Positions 29,184 to 39,402 of a stretch of 64,000 nt of DNA are shown here, one piece after another (the stretch's first letter is position 1; each line of letters opens with the position of its first letter). The position numbers and the translations under genes are program-made. The notes beneath the pieces were generated by a model. It was not told the DNA's origin and ran no database searches. It saw only the letters and a program-made list of their open reading frames with translations. Source of the DNA: a virus; the IMG/VR virus record IMGVR_UViG_3300025889_017816, positions 32,001 to 96,000 of that record. The stretch is one strand, 5' to 3'.

Positions 29184-31066
29184 TATTCATTAAACGGAAC
29201 AGAATTAATCACCAAACCTGGTTTAATATTTGCTTCAGCAATACTCAAAGAATTATCCAATGTAACAATTGTGTTTTTTGCAGGTAATGCTGTAACAGCA
29301 AATTTTGAAATATCAGAAGCACGAACCAACCCACTGGTTATATTTTGATATAAAGGTTGAGGTCTGACATTTAAATATAACTTGTTAACGTTGCCTACAT
29401 ATCTCGTTACTTTTATTTCTTTCAAAGTAACTATTCCTGTCTCATAGTTTACGGTTCCATAAGAAGTAATTTTTTGTTTATCTTCTTTGTTTACAAAATA
29501 TAAAGTTCCAGTTCCCGTATCATCTTGAATTGCTGCATCACTAAAATCTTGTAAATATCCTGTGTATTCTACGCCATTAACTGTAGTAGTAAAAACTGAG
29601 CTTACAACAGTTTCAGGATCAATAGCAGTAAGATAATTCAATACCTGTGAGTATGCGGATGAAGCACCAGCACCTATTGATATTCTTTTCTGAAGATTCA
29701 TCTTGAACAATGAACCCACAACTGAACGATTTAAATCCTTAACTCTTTGTTGTACTCTAGAAAGAATAAAGGTTCTACTTAGTGTACCTAATTCCGTAGA
29801 AAAATAATTTTCAATTTCTGCTTTAACTAATGCTGAAAGATCTTTTGCTTTTAATGTAGTTAATTTAGGATCATAATTAACTGTACCTGTAAGACCCAAA
29901 TACAAATAATCAGGATCAACAAACTCATGTTGAATACTCATTACAGAACGTGGTCTTAATAAAGTTTCTGTAATATAATCTTTATCTGCTTCAGTTAAAA
30001 CTTGTCCGGAAACTGTATCAATAGAAATGAAAACTTTACCATAAATTGGAGGAGAATTTTCTTCGCCGCCCCAAACGGTAACTTCTCGTGCTTTTGATAA
30101 ATTTTGTTTGATGATTGTTCTATAATCATCAGAAGTTACAGCACGATTTCTATTAGCATTAAATTTAGGAGCATTGTGTCTAATGCTATCAATGGTTTCT
30201 TTTTCAGCACCATTTGCAGCTGCAGTGTTAATGGTTATTGTTGCTGCATCTTCACCATCAATATCACCTATTAACGTGAAATTTCTTGCACCATTTGCAA
30301 TAGAACCTCTGGAAACAACATAAGAAATTGTAACAATATTTCCTGCTGTTAATTTTGCACCTACATTATCATCACCAAAAACTAATTGAAATTTTCCTTC
30401 TTTGTTTTCTTCAACCCAAAATACTTTACTAGTTGAAGTAACATCAAGAATGTTAGAAGCCTTGGTCCATGTGGCTGTTGTTAAATCTGAAATACTAGTT
30501 TGAACAGACACAGAAATTGTAGATGTATCAACAGAATCATTTGGAATAACTAAAGGACCTGAAACATTGTCAGAAACAATTGTGAAAGAATTGGATAAAC
30601 GTATACCTTCAATCAAATCAATCGAAGTAAAAACAAAGTTTCCTGATTCATTTAATGTTGCTGTTTGTGATTCATTTACATTAAAGGTAAATGTTTCATC
30701 ATTAATTGTTGCAGAAAATTTATTTGAAGGTGTTATGGTTAATGTTACACCCACAGTATCAATTCTTGGTACCGTAATGTTAACGTTTGCTATTGCAGAG
30801 GTTGTTGATCTAGGTGTATAACCTAACATTTTTGCAATTGATGTTACCGAACTTCTTTTTATTGCAGTATCAATAAACATTTCATTGGCTTGAAGATTAG
30901 CCAATACTGCATTATAATGTGTATTATATGCTAAAACATCCAACAACAAACTTAATGCTGAACCGTTGAAATCATAATCTGTAAATTCATTTTGGGCAGC
31001 AAGATATGTTTTTAAGTTAGTTTTAATATCAGCAAAATCTAATTCGGTAATATTTAATTCAGCCAT
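29183..31066 (-). CDS. gp6: Baseplate wedge subunit
   Basis: ELDF.DIK.NL, DYDF.GS.LS.LLDVLAYNTHYNA, RAVT..DY, VWGGEEN.PP.YGKVFISI. Confidence 0.95.
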   Translation of the reverse strand: MAELNITELDFADIKTNLKTYLAAQNEFTDYDFNGSALSLLLDVLAYNTHYNAVLANLQANEMFIDTAIKRSSVTSIAKMLGYTPRSTTSAIANVNITVPRIDTVGVTLTITPSNKFSATINDETFTFNVNESQTATLNESGNFVFTSIDLIEGIRLSNSFTIVSDNVSGPLVIPNDSVDTSTISVSVQTSISDLTTATWTKASNILDVTSTSKVFWVEENKEGKFQLVFGDDNVGAKLTAGNIVTISYVVSRGSIANGARNFTLIGDIDGEDAATITINTAAANGAEKETIDSIRHNAPKFNANRNRAVTSDDYRTIIKQNLSKAREVTVWGGEENSPPIYGKVFISIDTVSGQVLTEADKDYITETLLRPRSVMSIQHEFVDPDYLYLGLTGTVNYDPKLTTLKAKDLSALVKAEIENYFSTELGTLSRTFILSRVQQRVKDLNRSVVGSLFKMNLQKRISIGAGASSAYSQVLNYLTAIDPETVVSSVFTTTVNGVEYTGYLQDFSDAAIQDDTGTGTLYFVNKEDKQKITSYGTVNYETGIVTLKEIKVTRYVGNVNKLYLNVRPQPLYQNITSGLVRASDISKFAVTALPAKNTIVTLDNSLSIAEANIKPGLVINSVPFNE

Positions 31067-31070
31067 TTTA

Positions 31071-31469
31071 CTACCTTAGTCTTTCTAGTGTTATTGATAA
31101 TGAACTTGTTTGACTGATCCCTAATACTTTAAAAAATATAGTAACCTCATATTCATTTTCATCATAATTAGGAATAACATCTACTCTCTGTACTGTTACC
31201 CGCGGTTCATTGTTTTCCAAAACTATTTGTATTTTTTTTGCTAAAACATTAGAAGAAATATTGTCCATAGGTTCAAACAAAACAGCGTTTAAACCAGATC
31301 CAATATCTGGGCGAAACAATCTTTCACCAAAATTAGTAAATAATAAAATTTTCATGGACTGTTTTACAGCATTAATGTCCACCTTTTTCAAAACATCTTT
31401 GGTTTCAGGATGTTTATCAAAAGAAAGATCTAGGTCTTTATATATTTTGTTGGATTTTAGAATACTCAT
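31071..31469 (-). CDS. gp25: Baseplate wedge / sheath initiator
   Basis: YKDLDLSF..HP, GERLF.P..GS, LFEP, EPRV, LERLR. Confidence 0.95.
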   Translation of the reverse strand: MSILKSNKIYKDLDLSFDKHPETKDVLKKVDINAVKQSMKILLFTNFGERLFRPDIGSGLNAVLFEPMDNISSNVLAKKIQIVLENNEPRVTVQRVDVIPNYDENEYEVTIFFKVLGISQTSSLSITLERLR

Positions 31470-31478
31470 TTTTACTTT

Positions 31479-31486
31479 TATTTATA
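31479..31486 (-). promoter_or_regulatory. T4-type late promoter TATAAATA
   Basis: Exact consensus between gp5 and gp25. Confidence 0.65.
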
Positions 31487-31490
31487 TGAA

Positions 31491-33347
31491 TTATACTGAG
31501 ATGCCTACTGAACCTGCCAATTGTAAAAGAACCCCTATTCCTTGTGGATGTGGTTTATGATCTAAGTAAGTAATCATGTTTCTTCTCGGACCATCACGGT
31601 TAAAAGATAAATGAATCCAAGGAGTTCCACCTCTTTGATATTCTAATAACATTTGATCAAAATTAACATTATCTCTTATCCATTTTGCAATTTCAAAATA
31701 TTGACTATTGGTTGCGCCTCGGAATTGTATATCAGCAGCCTGTCCCTTTAGGTGTTGGGAAGTTAAAGATCCTCCTTCAGGAACATCCGTTCTGAACCCA
31801 GATGTTATTATCATATTAGGATATTTTGCTTTTATCGGATCAAGCACCTGTGTTGCCAATCCTCTTAGATTGCAAGCAATTTCTCTTTTAGATAAAGTAC
31901 CTTGCGCCCTCAATCTCCTGTTTGGATCACTACAACAAATTGCTTTATATGTTAAATCTTCAATTTTAAAAAATGTAGAAATTTGATATGTTTCGGGTAT
32001 TTCCTGTATATTATTTATCTCACCACATCCTGGAATAGATGTTGGTAATTCTGCTGGTTGAGTTCCATCTGAATCTTGTACCGTAACTGCTGAATTAAGT
32101 GTTTCCTGAGAAATAACTCCGTCTGCTACGGCGCTAGCCAATTCTCTTGCAATAATTTCTGCATTAACTGAAAAATCTTCACCCAAAAGATCTAAACGAA
32201 AAATTAATTGTTCCAATCTTGAAGGAACCAACAAATCAGAAAAACTAGGTAATTGTGGAGATTTAGAAGACACAGAATCATTCATTAAAAAAATTGCACC
32301 TGGAGTAGAAGGTGCAAAAGATTTGACTACATACTTTAATCCAACTGTTTTAGTAATCAAACTTTTAATATCAGTTTTTAATCCAAATAAAAATTGATTT
32401 GCTCTAGAAAATAATTTCATGTCATCAGAAGAAAATATTTCCATTTCTTTTTTAGAATGAAGCTCCATATTATCACCTGAGGTAATACTTACTTTACCTG
32501 CAACTTTCATTTCATAATCACCGTGAACATGATGAGTTAAATCACCATCAACAGTTAAGTTACAATCATTCTTAACGTATATGTTATTATTTCCTTCAAT
32601 AGTTATGTTAGCATTTCCCTTTATTAAAACATTATTATGTCTAAGAGAAATTTCATAGTTATCACCTGTAATTTTTTCTATTTTTGTTCCATTTACATCA
32701 ATATCAAAATAGGTTCCTGATTTATGATATAAAGATATTCTTTCATTGCTAGGTGTATCATCTATTTCGATTACATGGCCTGATTCAGATTGATAAACAT
32801 GGTTAAATGGATAAGAAGCATTGTAATGTGATAATGGTTGATCCCAGGTTTTACCATCCGATGTTTGAATATTAGTTTGTCTGTTATCGTCTTTAATTTT
32901 TACAACAGTATTTGCTATATCTTGATTTCTTGCTAATTTATTTGTGTCTGGCTCACTCAAATATTCTGCTTTAGGATAAACTTTGTTTGGATCTTGAAAT
33001 CCGTAATTGGAGTTATTCCTTAAGGCGTTTACATATGTCTCACCAGGAACACCACCTAAAGTTCCAATCATTATAGGTTCTTGACAATCTTCACCATCAC
33101 GAAAAAAACCTAAAACCCATGTGCCTTCAACGGGACCTATAGGAGCATTACCTATACCTGACATGGCAGCTGAGGTAATAGGCTGTAGAGGAAAAGCCCA
33201 AGGCAAGTCTTCGGTTGGTAATAAGGATTTATTAGAAGTGTGATATCCCACTACTCTAACCTTACAACGGCCGAGATACATAGGGTCAAAGCGATCTTCT
33301 ACTACACCTACCCACCAATGAAAATTATTTCCGTATAAGTTTTCCAT
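31491..33347 (-). CDS. gp5: Baseplate hub spike protein with C-terminal M15-family Zn peptidase
   Basis: WW.GVVEDR.DP..LGR.KVR..GYH OB-fold, YPFNHV..SESGH..E.DDTP..ER, beta-helix repeats, then ITSGFR...SQH..GQAAD...WIH. Confidence 0.9.
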   Translation of the reverse strand: MENLYGNNFHWWVGVVEDRFDPMYLGRCKVRVVGYHTSNKSLLPTEDLPWAFPLQPITSAAMSGIGNAPIGPVEGTWVLGFFRDGEDCQEPIMIGTLGGVPGETYVNALRNNSNYGFQDPNKVYPKAEYLSEPDTNKLARNQDIANTVVKIKDDNRQTNIQTSDGKTWDQPLSHYNASYPFNHVYQSESGHVIEIDDTPSNERISLYHKSGTYFDIDVNGTKIEKITGDNYEISLRHNNVLIKGNANITIEGNNNIYVKNDCNLTVDGDLTHHVHGDYEMKVAGKVSITSGDNMELHSKKEMEIFSSDDMKLFSRANQFLFGLKTDIKSLITKTVGLKYVVKSFAPSTPGAIFLMNDSVSSKSPQLPSFSDLLVPSRLEQLIFRLDLLGEDFSVNAEIIARELASAVADGVISQETLNSAVTVQDSDGTQPAELPTSIPGCGEINNIQEIPETYQISTFFKIEDLTYKAICCSDPNRRLRAQGTLSKREIACNLRGLATQVLDPIKAKYPNMIITSGFRTDVPEGGSLTSQHLKGQAADIQFRGATNSQYFEIAKWIRDNVNFDQMLLEYQRGGTPWIHLSFNRDGPRRNMITYLDHKPHPQGIGVLLQLAGSVGISV

Positions 33348-33349
33348 AA

Positions 33350-34585
33350 TTATTTAATAGGCTCCGAGAAAGATTCTTTTATACACTCTAAAATCATGTT
33401 GTGTGTATCAAATGTGAATTCATGTCTAATATTAGTAATTAAATATTTTCCTGTAAGATATGGATCAAAAACATCATCCGAGGGAGTTTCTTCAGACAAA
33501 TATATACTCTTCGGTATAGAAATACCTATCATTTGCCCCACTTCTATATCAGTTTTACCGAAAACTTCTATTGTTAATTTCAAATTACTATATTGATATA
33601 GAATATGGTTTCTTTGCATTACCCAATTATCATAGGAAAAATTTCTTTGATCGTTAAACAAATTATAATGATTTGTTCTAACGTGTAAATGACTTTCTGG
33701 ATTTCTTAGCAAATTAGGTGATAACATTGAATATTCTTCAGAATGTTCATGAGCATTATAATATTCTACACCATCAAATATAAATTCACGATATTCTTTT
33801 GTAGCAACATCATGTGTAACAAGTTTACTAGCAAGATAACCATAATCTTGCGCGTCCATAATATTCAAATAATCAACAGCGTTTATTTTTTTAATAAATT
33901 TATAACGTTGTTCCAAGGATAATTCTGCTGAGCGCGCCGTTTCAAAATACAAATAGGACTCATACAAATTATCCTTTCCTTCTCTTATCAAATCGTCTAT
34001 GCTGTTAAGATAAAAGTTTTTATTTGTTTCATAAAACAAAACACCTGGTGTGCTTTGATAACTACGATTTGTAACCCAATTAATACATTTCAAAGGACTC
34101 CAAAACGGAGACACAAAACTCAAACTAGTATTGTGATCTTCGTATATTATTAACTGTTTTTCAAGAGATATTTCATTAAAAATATCCTTAACAATATCAT
34201 CAGTCTTACCTGAAAATTTTTTAGATAAACGTATAGAATTATCTAAAAACCCTTCCTGTGACATAAAGTGTAGTACATAGGCCTGTGTGGTTCTTGCAAT
34301 AACTCTTTCATCTACACTAGTTATATGAAAGGTACCTTCTATGGTTTGTCTGAATCCAGGAGTTTTATATCTTATTCTTAAAAGTTCTGTGCCTGTTATA
34401 CCAAACTGAGTTATCATACTAGCACTATCACTAAAAACAGCATATCCTGTTATTACGTTACTGAAAAGATCTTCATGTAATACTACATTAACGATGTGTG
34501 CTTTAACATCGTATTCAATTTCGTCTTTTAGTAAAGTTATTTCTTCAGGTATAACATTACCCGCATTAAAAATTTCATTTTCCAT
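33350..34585 (-). CDS. Baseplate hub protein (gp27-like)
   Basis: EDLF...TG, P.WSP..CI.W, FYET, GKYLI..IRH; between gp53 and gp5. Confidence 0.65.
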   Translation of the reverse strand: MENEIFNAGNVIPEEITLLKDEIEYDVKAHIVNVVLHEDLFSNVITGYAVFSDSASMITQFGITGTELLRIRYKTPGFRQTIEGTFHITSVDERVIARTTQAYVLHFMSQEGFLDNSIRLSKKFSGKTDDIVKDIFNEISLEKQLIIYEDHNTSLSFVSPFWSPLKCINWVTNRSYQSTPGVLFYETNKNFYLNSIDDLIREGKDNLYESYLYFETARSAELSLEQRYKFIKKINAVDYLNIMDAQDYGYLASKLVTHDVATKEYREFIFDGVEYYNAHEHSEEYSMLSPNLLRNPESHLHVRTNHYNLFNDQRNFSYDNWVMQRNHILYQYSNLKLTIEVFGKTDIEVGQMIGISIPKSIYLSEETPSDDVFDPYLTGKYLITNIRHEFTFDTHNMILECIKESFSEPIK

Positions 34586-35274
34586 TATATAATTAATCTA
34601 TTAAAGGTGGAGACGAAAAGACCTACTTGATTAGGTTGTAGGATTTTTATTGCGCGTTTATCATCATTTAATTTAATCTCATGTTCATAATTGGTAACAC
34701 TAGTTGCTCCTAAATAATCACTATCCACAATATAACCATCCGAACTTACATAGTGATGTACAACTGCGCTAGGATCAGTCACACTTGATATTGCAATCCC
34801 AGAAATATTCTTGGTTACATTTGTGAGTGTGTTTGAGTTGGTTAATATCGGTTTTTTAAATTGTGATCTTAAATTCAATGTAGTGCCTGATATAGAACTA
34901 ACAATAAAATGATAATTATTGTTACTTTTGATTTCATCATTTTTTGCAAACTGTGATCCATCTGTAACCGTCATTGTGAAATCGTAGTTTAAATAAACTA
35001 AATCAACTACACTTTGGTTGGAAATTGGCCATTCATTCCTAGGATCTGTAATATCATTCACCATCAATATAACCCAATAATTTTCAGGTGTCCCATAAAA
35101 TCTTTGACTAACAAGTTCAGGAGTCTCACCATCTTTAATTAGGTAATCATCCAAGTTCACAACACCATCCCTGAATTTTTTAGAAATTGTGACTCTTCTT
35201 AAAAAATCTTTAATTATAATATTTTTTTTATTGTTAGTAGTTATTATACTAGGAAAATTCTTGAAGTATGACAT
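34585..35274 (-). CDS. gp53: Baseplate wedge subunit (LysM-like)
   Basis: MSYFKNFP, Y.IKDGETPE.VS..FYG...YWVILM.N.I.DP..EWP, VTNYE.E...ND.KR.IKIL. Confidence 0.92.
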   Translation of the reverse strand: MSYFKNFPSIITTNNKKNIIIKDFLRRVTISKKFRDGVVNLDDYLIKDGETPELVSQRFYGTPENYWVILMVNDITDPRNEWPISNQSVVDLVYLNYDFTMTVTDGSQFAKNDEIKSNNNYHFIVSSISGTTLNLRSQFKKPILTNSNTLTNVTKNISGIAISSVTDPSAVVHHYVSSDGYIVDSDYLGATSVTNYEHEIKLNDDKRAIKILQPNQVGLFVSTFNRLII

Positions 35275-36413
35275 TAATATCCTTCCTCAATTCTGTTTCT
35301 TGTTAGTAGTTCTATTTCAGTGAAACTTAAGGTCATATTAATTTCTGTTGGCATACCGTTTGTATCCTTAAAGGTCACAAAATCTTGACCTCCATATTTT
35401 ACTTCCATATCAGTCAAGTAACAATTTCCTATTTGGAATAAATGTTTATTACGTTGATCCTTGTGCCAATATTCAATTTTAAATTCTCCCGGATATCCTA
35501 AAATAAAATTCTCTTGTTTCAGTGTGGGGTGCATATATAGTTTGAAGGTTTTTATGATATCCAAAACCTGAATCATTTCATCGTAGTCCTTTGGTAAGAA
35601 AACATAACTAAAGTTAAATTTTCTGAATCCAACATTTTTGAATATTTGTGCTGTGAATGGGTTAGGGGCAATACCCGCAGAAGATGAAACTAATCCAGTT
35701 ATATTACCTATACCCTGAAATGCTCTTGGGTTTTGTCTTAAAATCAAATTACCCATTGCACCACCTGCCTGTTCTAATGCGGCCTTTGCGCCCTCTAGAG
35801 CTCCTGTTACACCTCCCCCATCCGCAGCGCCGCTTATAGCATCCAATGCTCCACTAAGTCCTCCCAATGGACCTATATCGGATGTATCATAATCAGCTTT
35901 ATAACTTGAACTGGGAACATCTTTAACATATAAAGCAATTGCTTTATTTAATACTACACGATCTTGATCACTACCTACTGGAAGAATTTTCTTAGCAATT
36001 CCTAGACCAGCGCCGGCGCCGGCTAACGCTCCAGCCGTTCCAAAGCCTCGGGTGACTCTGCGGCCGGCCCCAAAAGTTCTCGCTAAACTTCTACCAACAC
36101 CACCTAAGATTTGTGCACTACCAACTACAGCAAGTCCCCTAGCAAGATTTTCTAGGGCGTCCCCTTCTATTTTATCCGGACGATTTGAGTTACTAATATC
36201 TGTAGTAATTTTTCTAGACGTTGGATTATTAACAACTTCAGCAGCACCAACATCCGAACGTCTAGAAGTTATATAAAACATTACCCAATGCGGATATTCT
36301 TGGGTTTCACCATCCCCGACTTTTAATGGATATCTAGATACAGTGAACTCGTTTGTAGTATTATCAAGAGAAGCCTGATTTATTAGATTTTCTTGGCTAG
36401 TTGGATCCAGCAT
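35274..36413 (-). CDS. gp48: Baseplate tail tube cap
   Basis: RYP, NP....IF....FR.F.F.Y.F.PK...E...V..IIK.FK, P.EI.MTLSF.EIELLTR. Confidence 0.85.
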   Translation of the reverse strand: MLDPTSQENLINQASLDNTTNEFTVSRYPLKVGDGETQEYPHWVMFYITSRRSDVGAAEVVNNPTSRKITTDISNSNRPDKIEGDALENLARGLAVVGSAQILGGVGRSLARTFGAGRRVTRGFGTAGALAGAGAGLGIAKKILPVGSDQDRVVLNKAIALYVKDVPSSSYKADYDTSDIGPLGGLSGALDAISGAADGGGVTGALEGAKAALEQAGGAMGNLILRQNPRAFQGIGNITGLVSSSAGIAPNPFTAQIFKNVGFRKFNFSYVFLPKDYDEMIQVLDIIKTFKLYMHPTLKQENFILGYPGEFKIEYWHKDQRNKHLFQIGNCYLTDMEVKYGGQDFVTFKDTNGMPTEINMTLSFTEIELLTRNRIEEGY

Positions 36414-36456
36414 AAATACTCTCGCTATATTAAGGTAACCTATAGGATTATTTATA
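36411..36456. promoter_or_regulatory. Face-to-face late promoters for the divergent gp48 and gp4 genes
   Basis: + strand CATAAATA at 36411-36418 and - strand TATAAATA at 36449-36456. Confidence 0.6.
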
Positions 36457-36917
36457 TGACTTATGCAAAGGATACTTACAAAGGATACTTTGTTCCATTA
36501 AATCCGCAAAAATATGTGGGTGACCCAGGTAATATTATATATCGTAGCAGTTATGAACTAAAATTCATGAAGTGGTGTGATAATAATAAATCTGTTATAA
36601 AATGGGCTAGTGAAGAATTGGCTGTCCCATATATTAGTCCTATAGATAGGAAATATCACAGATATTTCATAGACTTCTTGATAGAAGTTCAGGACCGAGA
36701 AGGAAAAATTAAAAAATATATGGTAGAAGTAAAGCCTTACAAATATACTCAACCACCTGTCCCACAAGCAAGAAAAACAAAAAGATTTATCTCCGAAGTA
36801 AAACAATGGGGAGTTAATCAAGCCAAGTGGGAAGCAGCATCAACATATGCTTCTAAACAGGGATGGCAATTCATTATCATCACCGAGAAAGAATTAGGAT
36901 TAGGAAAAACACTATAA
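36456..36917 (+). CDS. gp4: Head completion nuclease
   Basis: YKG.F.P.NP.KY.GD...I.YRSS.E, W.SEE..VPY.SP.D...HRYF.DF, EVKP, NQAKW.AA; start at ATG 36456. Confidence 0.93.
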   Translation: MTYAKDTYKGYFVPLNPQKYVGDPGNIIYRSSYELKFMKWCDNNKSVIKWASEELAVPYISPIDRKYHRYFIDFLIEVQDREGKIKKYMVEVKPYKYTQPPVPQARKTKRFISEVKQWGVNQAKWEAASTYASKQGWQFIIITEKELGLGKTL

Positions 36918-36920
36918 ATA
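36913..36920 (+). promoter_or_regulatory. T4-type late promoter TATAAATA for the gp2 operon
   Basis: Exact consensus overlapping the gp4 stop codon. Confidence 0.7.
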
Positions 36921-36997
36921 GTAGAGTATTTTATTAATCCCCGACATAGTGAATTTATCATCGTGTCAATATCTTGTCAAGTATCAATTGAACCAAA

Positions 36998-37570
36998 ATG
37001 CCATCAATCAAACCTTTAGATCAGCTCAGAAAGTTAGAAACACCTGATAAATCATTCAGGTGGTATTTGAACACGATCAGAAAAGTTGGTTTAGCTAGTT
37101 ATTCGGCTAATAGGGCAATGAAAACTGATATTGGCGAATTTACTGCGGATGTTGAAATAGGAAATATGTATCTGTTTTTATATGACCCTAAAAATAAAGA
37201 AACATTGCCATATTATGATGCTGCTCCTTTAGTTGTTGCATTCCGAACAACCCTAGATGGGTTCTATGGACTGAACCTGCATTACTTACCACCAATGATG
37301 CGAATGAGATTGTTTGGTAATATGATAGATGCATCAGTTGATAAGCTAGATGAGGGTTCTAAAATTATGTTGAAATGGAGTGTTTTGAAAAACATATCTA
37401 GATTTCCAGGAAGTAATGTGTGTGTTAAAAAATACTTGTACTCACAGGTATCTTCTAGATTATTAAAAATTAATCCAAAAGACTGGAGAATAGCTTGTAT
37501 GTTGCCTATACAAGTATTCGAAAAACGATCCGATAACTTTGTATATCAAGATTCTAGGAGTAAAATGTAA
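36998..37570 (+). CDS. gp2: DNA end protector protein
   Basis: MY.F.YDPK.K.TLPYYD..PLV, GF.GLNLHYLPP..R, C.KKYL. Confidence 0.93.
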   Translation: MPSIKPLDQLRKLETPDKSFRWYLNTIRKVGLASYSANRAMKTDIGEFTADVEIGNMYLFLYDPKNKETLPYYDAAPLVVAFRTTLDGFYGLNLHYLPPMMRMRLFGNMIDASVDKLDEGSKIMLKWSVLKNISRFPGSNVCVKKYLYSQVSSRLLKINPKDWRIACMLPIQVFEKRSDNFVYQDSRSKM

Positions 37571-38502
37571 TGCAAGAGGTAATGTCAACCCAGGGCCTCA
37601 CCGTCACGGTTCCACCTTCAATACCAACATTAGAAGAGTTTGTTTCTCTCCTCAAAACAAGAAATCTTCAAAGACAAGAAAGATTTTTTGCTTCCTTTTC
37701 CTATTTTAGTGGAGAAGTCGATGACCTAACACTATTATGTTATAGTGCAAGTTTGCCTGGTAAAAATATCAATAACCGCACCATAAGAATAAATGGTTTG
37801 GATGAAAGAAGAGCATCCACAGCAGATTATACAGGAAATTCTATTACATTATCTTTTTTAGTAGATCCACAGTTTTCTCCTAGAAATTATTTTGAAAAAT
37901 GGATGAAAGCCTGTGTGGGTGAAGTAACAACTGGGAGAGAAGTTGGTTTTTATTCGGATTATGCAAAAGAAATAAAACTTTATGCTCTCATGCCAGCTGG
38001 TATACCTGGAGAAAAACTCCTTAATCTTAGCCCTACTATTGCTGATAGAGTAGATTTTGGTAACCAATTAACTTCAAATCAAGGATTAGGAGCAGCCATA
38101 AATAAATTGTTTGCCAAAGGATCACAAAAAGTTGATAGTGCTTTTGCAAGAGCAAAGGCAGGTACTATAGGGCGTTTAGATATTGCATCTAATCCAATAT
38201 ATGAAGCATTCCGTCAAATAGAAGACATAACATATACTATAGAATTAAAAGAATGTTGGCCAACAAGACTGAATTCAATCAATATGAATTATGAAAATTC
38301 AGGAGTAACAAGAATGGATGTAGAATTTACATTTAAATATTGGGTTTCTAGTGTCGATGTTGCCCCTGAGGATTTAGCCGATAAAGCCAACAACAAGATG
38401 AATGAATTCTTAAACGGATTTAAGAAAAAAATACCGGGAGGTTCACTTGATACTTTTGGGGTGAATTTAAAAAATAAAATTACTAATGTTTTTAATCGTT
38501 AA
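37570..38502 (+). CDS. gp54: Tail tube initiator (gp54/gp19-like)
   Basis: LLC.SASLPG, FE.WM, Y.DY, L.E.WP, V.F.FKYW; synteny between gp2 and gp26. Confidence 0.65.
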   Translation: MQEVMSTQGLTVTVPPSIPTLEEFVSLLKTRNLQRQERFFASFSYFSGEVDDLTLLCYSASLPGKNINNRTIRINGLDERRASTADYTGNSITLSFLVDPQFSPRNYFEKWMKACVGEVTTGREVGFYSDYAKEIKLYALMPAGIPGEKLLNLSPTIADRVDFGNQLTSNQGLGAAINKLFAKGSQKVDSAFARAKAGTIGRLDIASNPIYEAFRQIEDITYTIELKECWPTRLNSINMNYENSGVTRMDVEFTFKYWVSSVDVAPEDLADKANNKMNEFLNGFKKKIPGGSLDTFGVNLKNKITNVFNR

Positions 38503-38518
38503 TAAAAAAGGAGGGTAA

Positions 38519-39223
38519 ATGATACCTTCAGTGACCGTGCCTACATATAAAATGATTTTGCCTGTAAGTAAAGATGAATTTGAATTTAGACCATTTTTAG
38601 TTAAAGAAGAAAAAATTTTATTGATGGCGAAAGAAACAGAAAATGTAAAAGAAGCTTTTTTGGCACTAAACGAAGTAATTAATAAATGCACATTTGAAAA
38701 AATGAAATCATCTAATTATTCTGTTGCTGATACTGAATATGCTTTTTTACAAATAAGAGGAAAATCCATAGGAGAAACTTTGGATCTAAATTTAATTTGT
38801 CCTAATAAAGAATGTAAAAAAAGCACTATAACTACAGTTCATGTTGAGGATTTTGTTTTAGATCGTGAAATTGATAACCAACATAATACTATAAGTGTAG
38901 GAGGTATTAAGGTTATTATGAAATATCCTGCTTTGGAACAAGTAGGAGAAATTATTGATAATTTCACAGAAGACACAGTTATTTCTATAATAGCAAAATC
39001 CATAGACAGTATGTACAATGATGAAGAAAAAATTGTTATTGATGAATCTAATATTGAGGATGTTATTGAATTTATTAACAACCTAACAATACAAGATTTT
39101 TCAAAGTTCAAAGAATTTTTTAATAATGTTCCTAAGTTAAGAAAAAAAATTACTCTTGATTGTAACCACTGTGGAGAACAAAATAGTTTTGAAGTGGATG
39201 GGATAACATCTTTTTTCGTTTAA
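38519..39223 (+). CDS. gp26: Baseplate hub assembly protein
   Basis: P.Y...LP, FRPFLVKEEKILLMA.E, D.EY.FLQIR.KS.GE, MKYP, FF...PKL, two Cys pairs, ends GITSFFV. Confidence 0.92.
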   Translation: MIPSVTVPTYKMILPVSKDEFEFRPFLVKEEKILLMAKETENVKEAFLALNEVINKCTFEKMKSSNYSVADTEYAFLQIRGKSIGETLDLNLICPNKECKKSTITTVHVEDFVLDREIDNQHNTISVGGIKVIMKYPALEQVGEIIDNFTEDTVISIIAKSIDSMYNDEEKIVIDESNIEDVIEFINNLTIQDFSKFKEFFNNVPKLRKKITLDCNHCGEQNSFEVDGITSFFV

Positions 39224-39402
39224 CTCTTTCTCATGATAGTTTGGAAAATTTTTACAAAACAAATTTTTTAATGATGAAGGTTCATGGTTATTCTCTCACA
39301 GAATTAGAGAACATGATTCCATGGGAAAGAGAAGTCTTTATAGCTTTATTATTGGAATACATAGAAAAACAAAATCAAAAAAACAAAAATGAGGATTTTT
39401 GA
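39217..39402 (+). CDS. gp51: Baseplate hub assembly catalyst; not in ORF track; probably made as a -1 frameshift extension of gp26
   Basis: Hand translation RLTLSHDSLENFYKTNFLMMKVHGYSLTELENMIPWEREVFIALLLEYIEKQNQKNKNEDF*; YSLTE.ENMIPWER is the short gp51 signature; first possible starts are TTG 39241 and ATG 39271. Confidence 0.85.
   Translation, partial: RLTLSHDSLENFYKTNFLMMKVHGYSLTELENMIPWEREVFIALLLEYIEKQNQKNKNEDF

Noticed and set aside
3771-31986. Numerous + strand ORFs of 60-240 aa in the track
   Set aside because: Antisense shadows of Thr/Gly/Ala-rich structural genes, with no motifs or evident RBS
36456-36917. TnsA transposase / mobile element
   Set aside because: Motifs and position fit gp4, which shares the fold; no other transposition genes or ends
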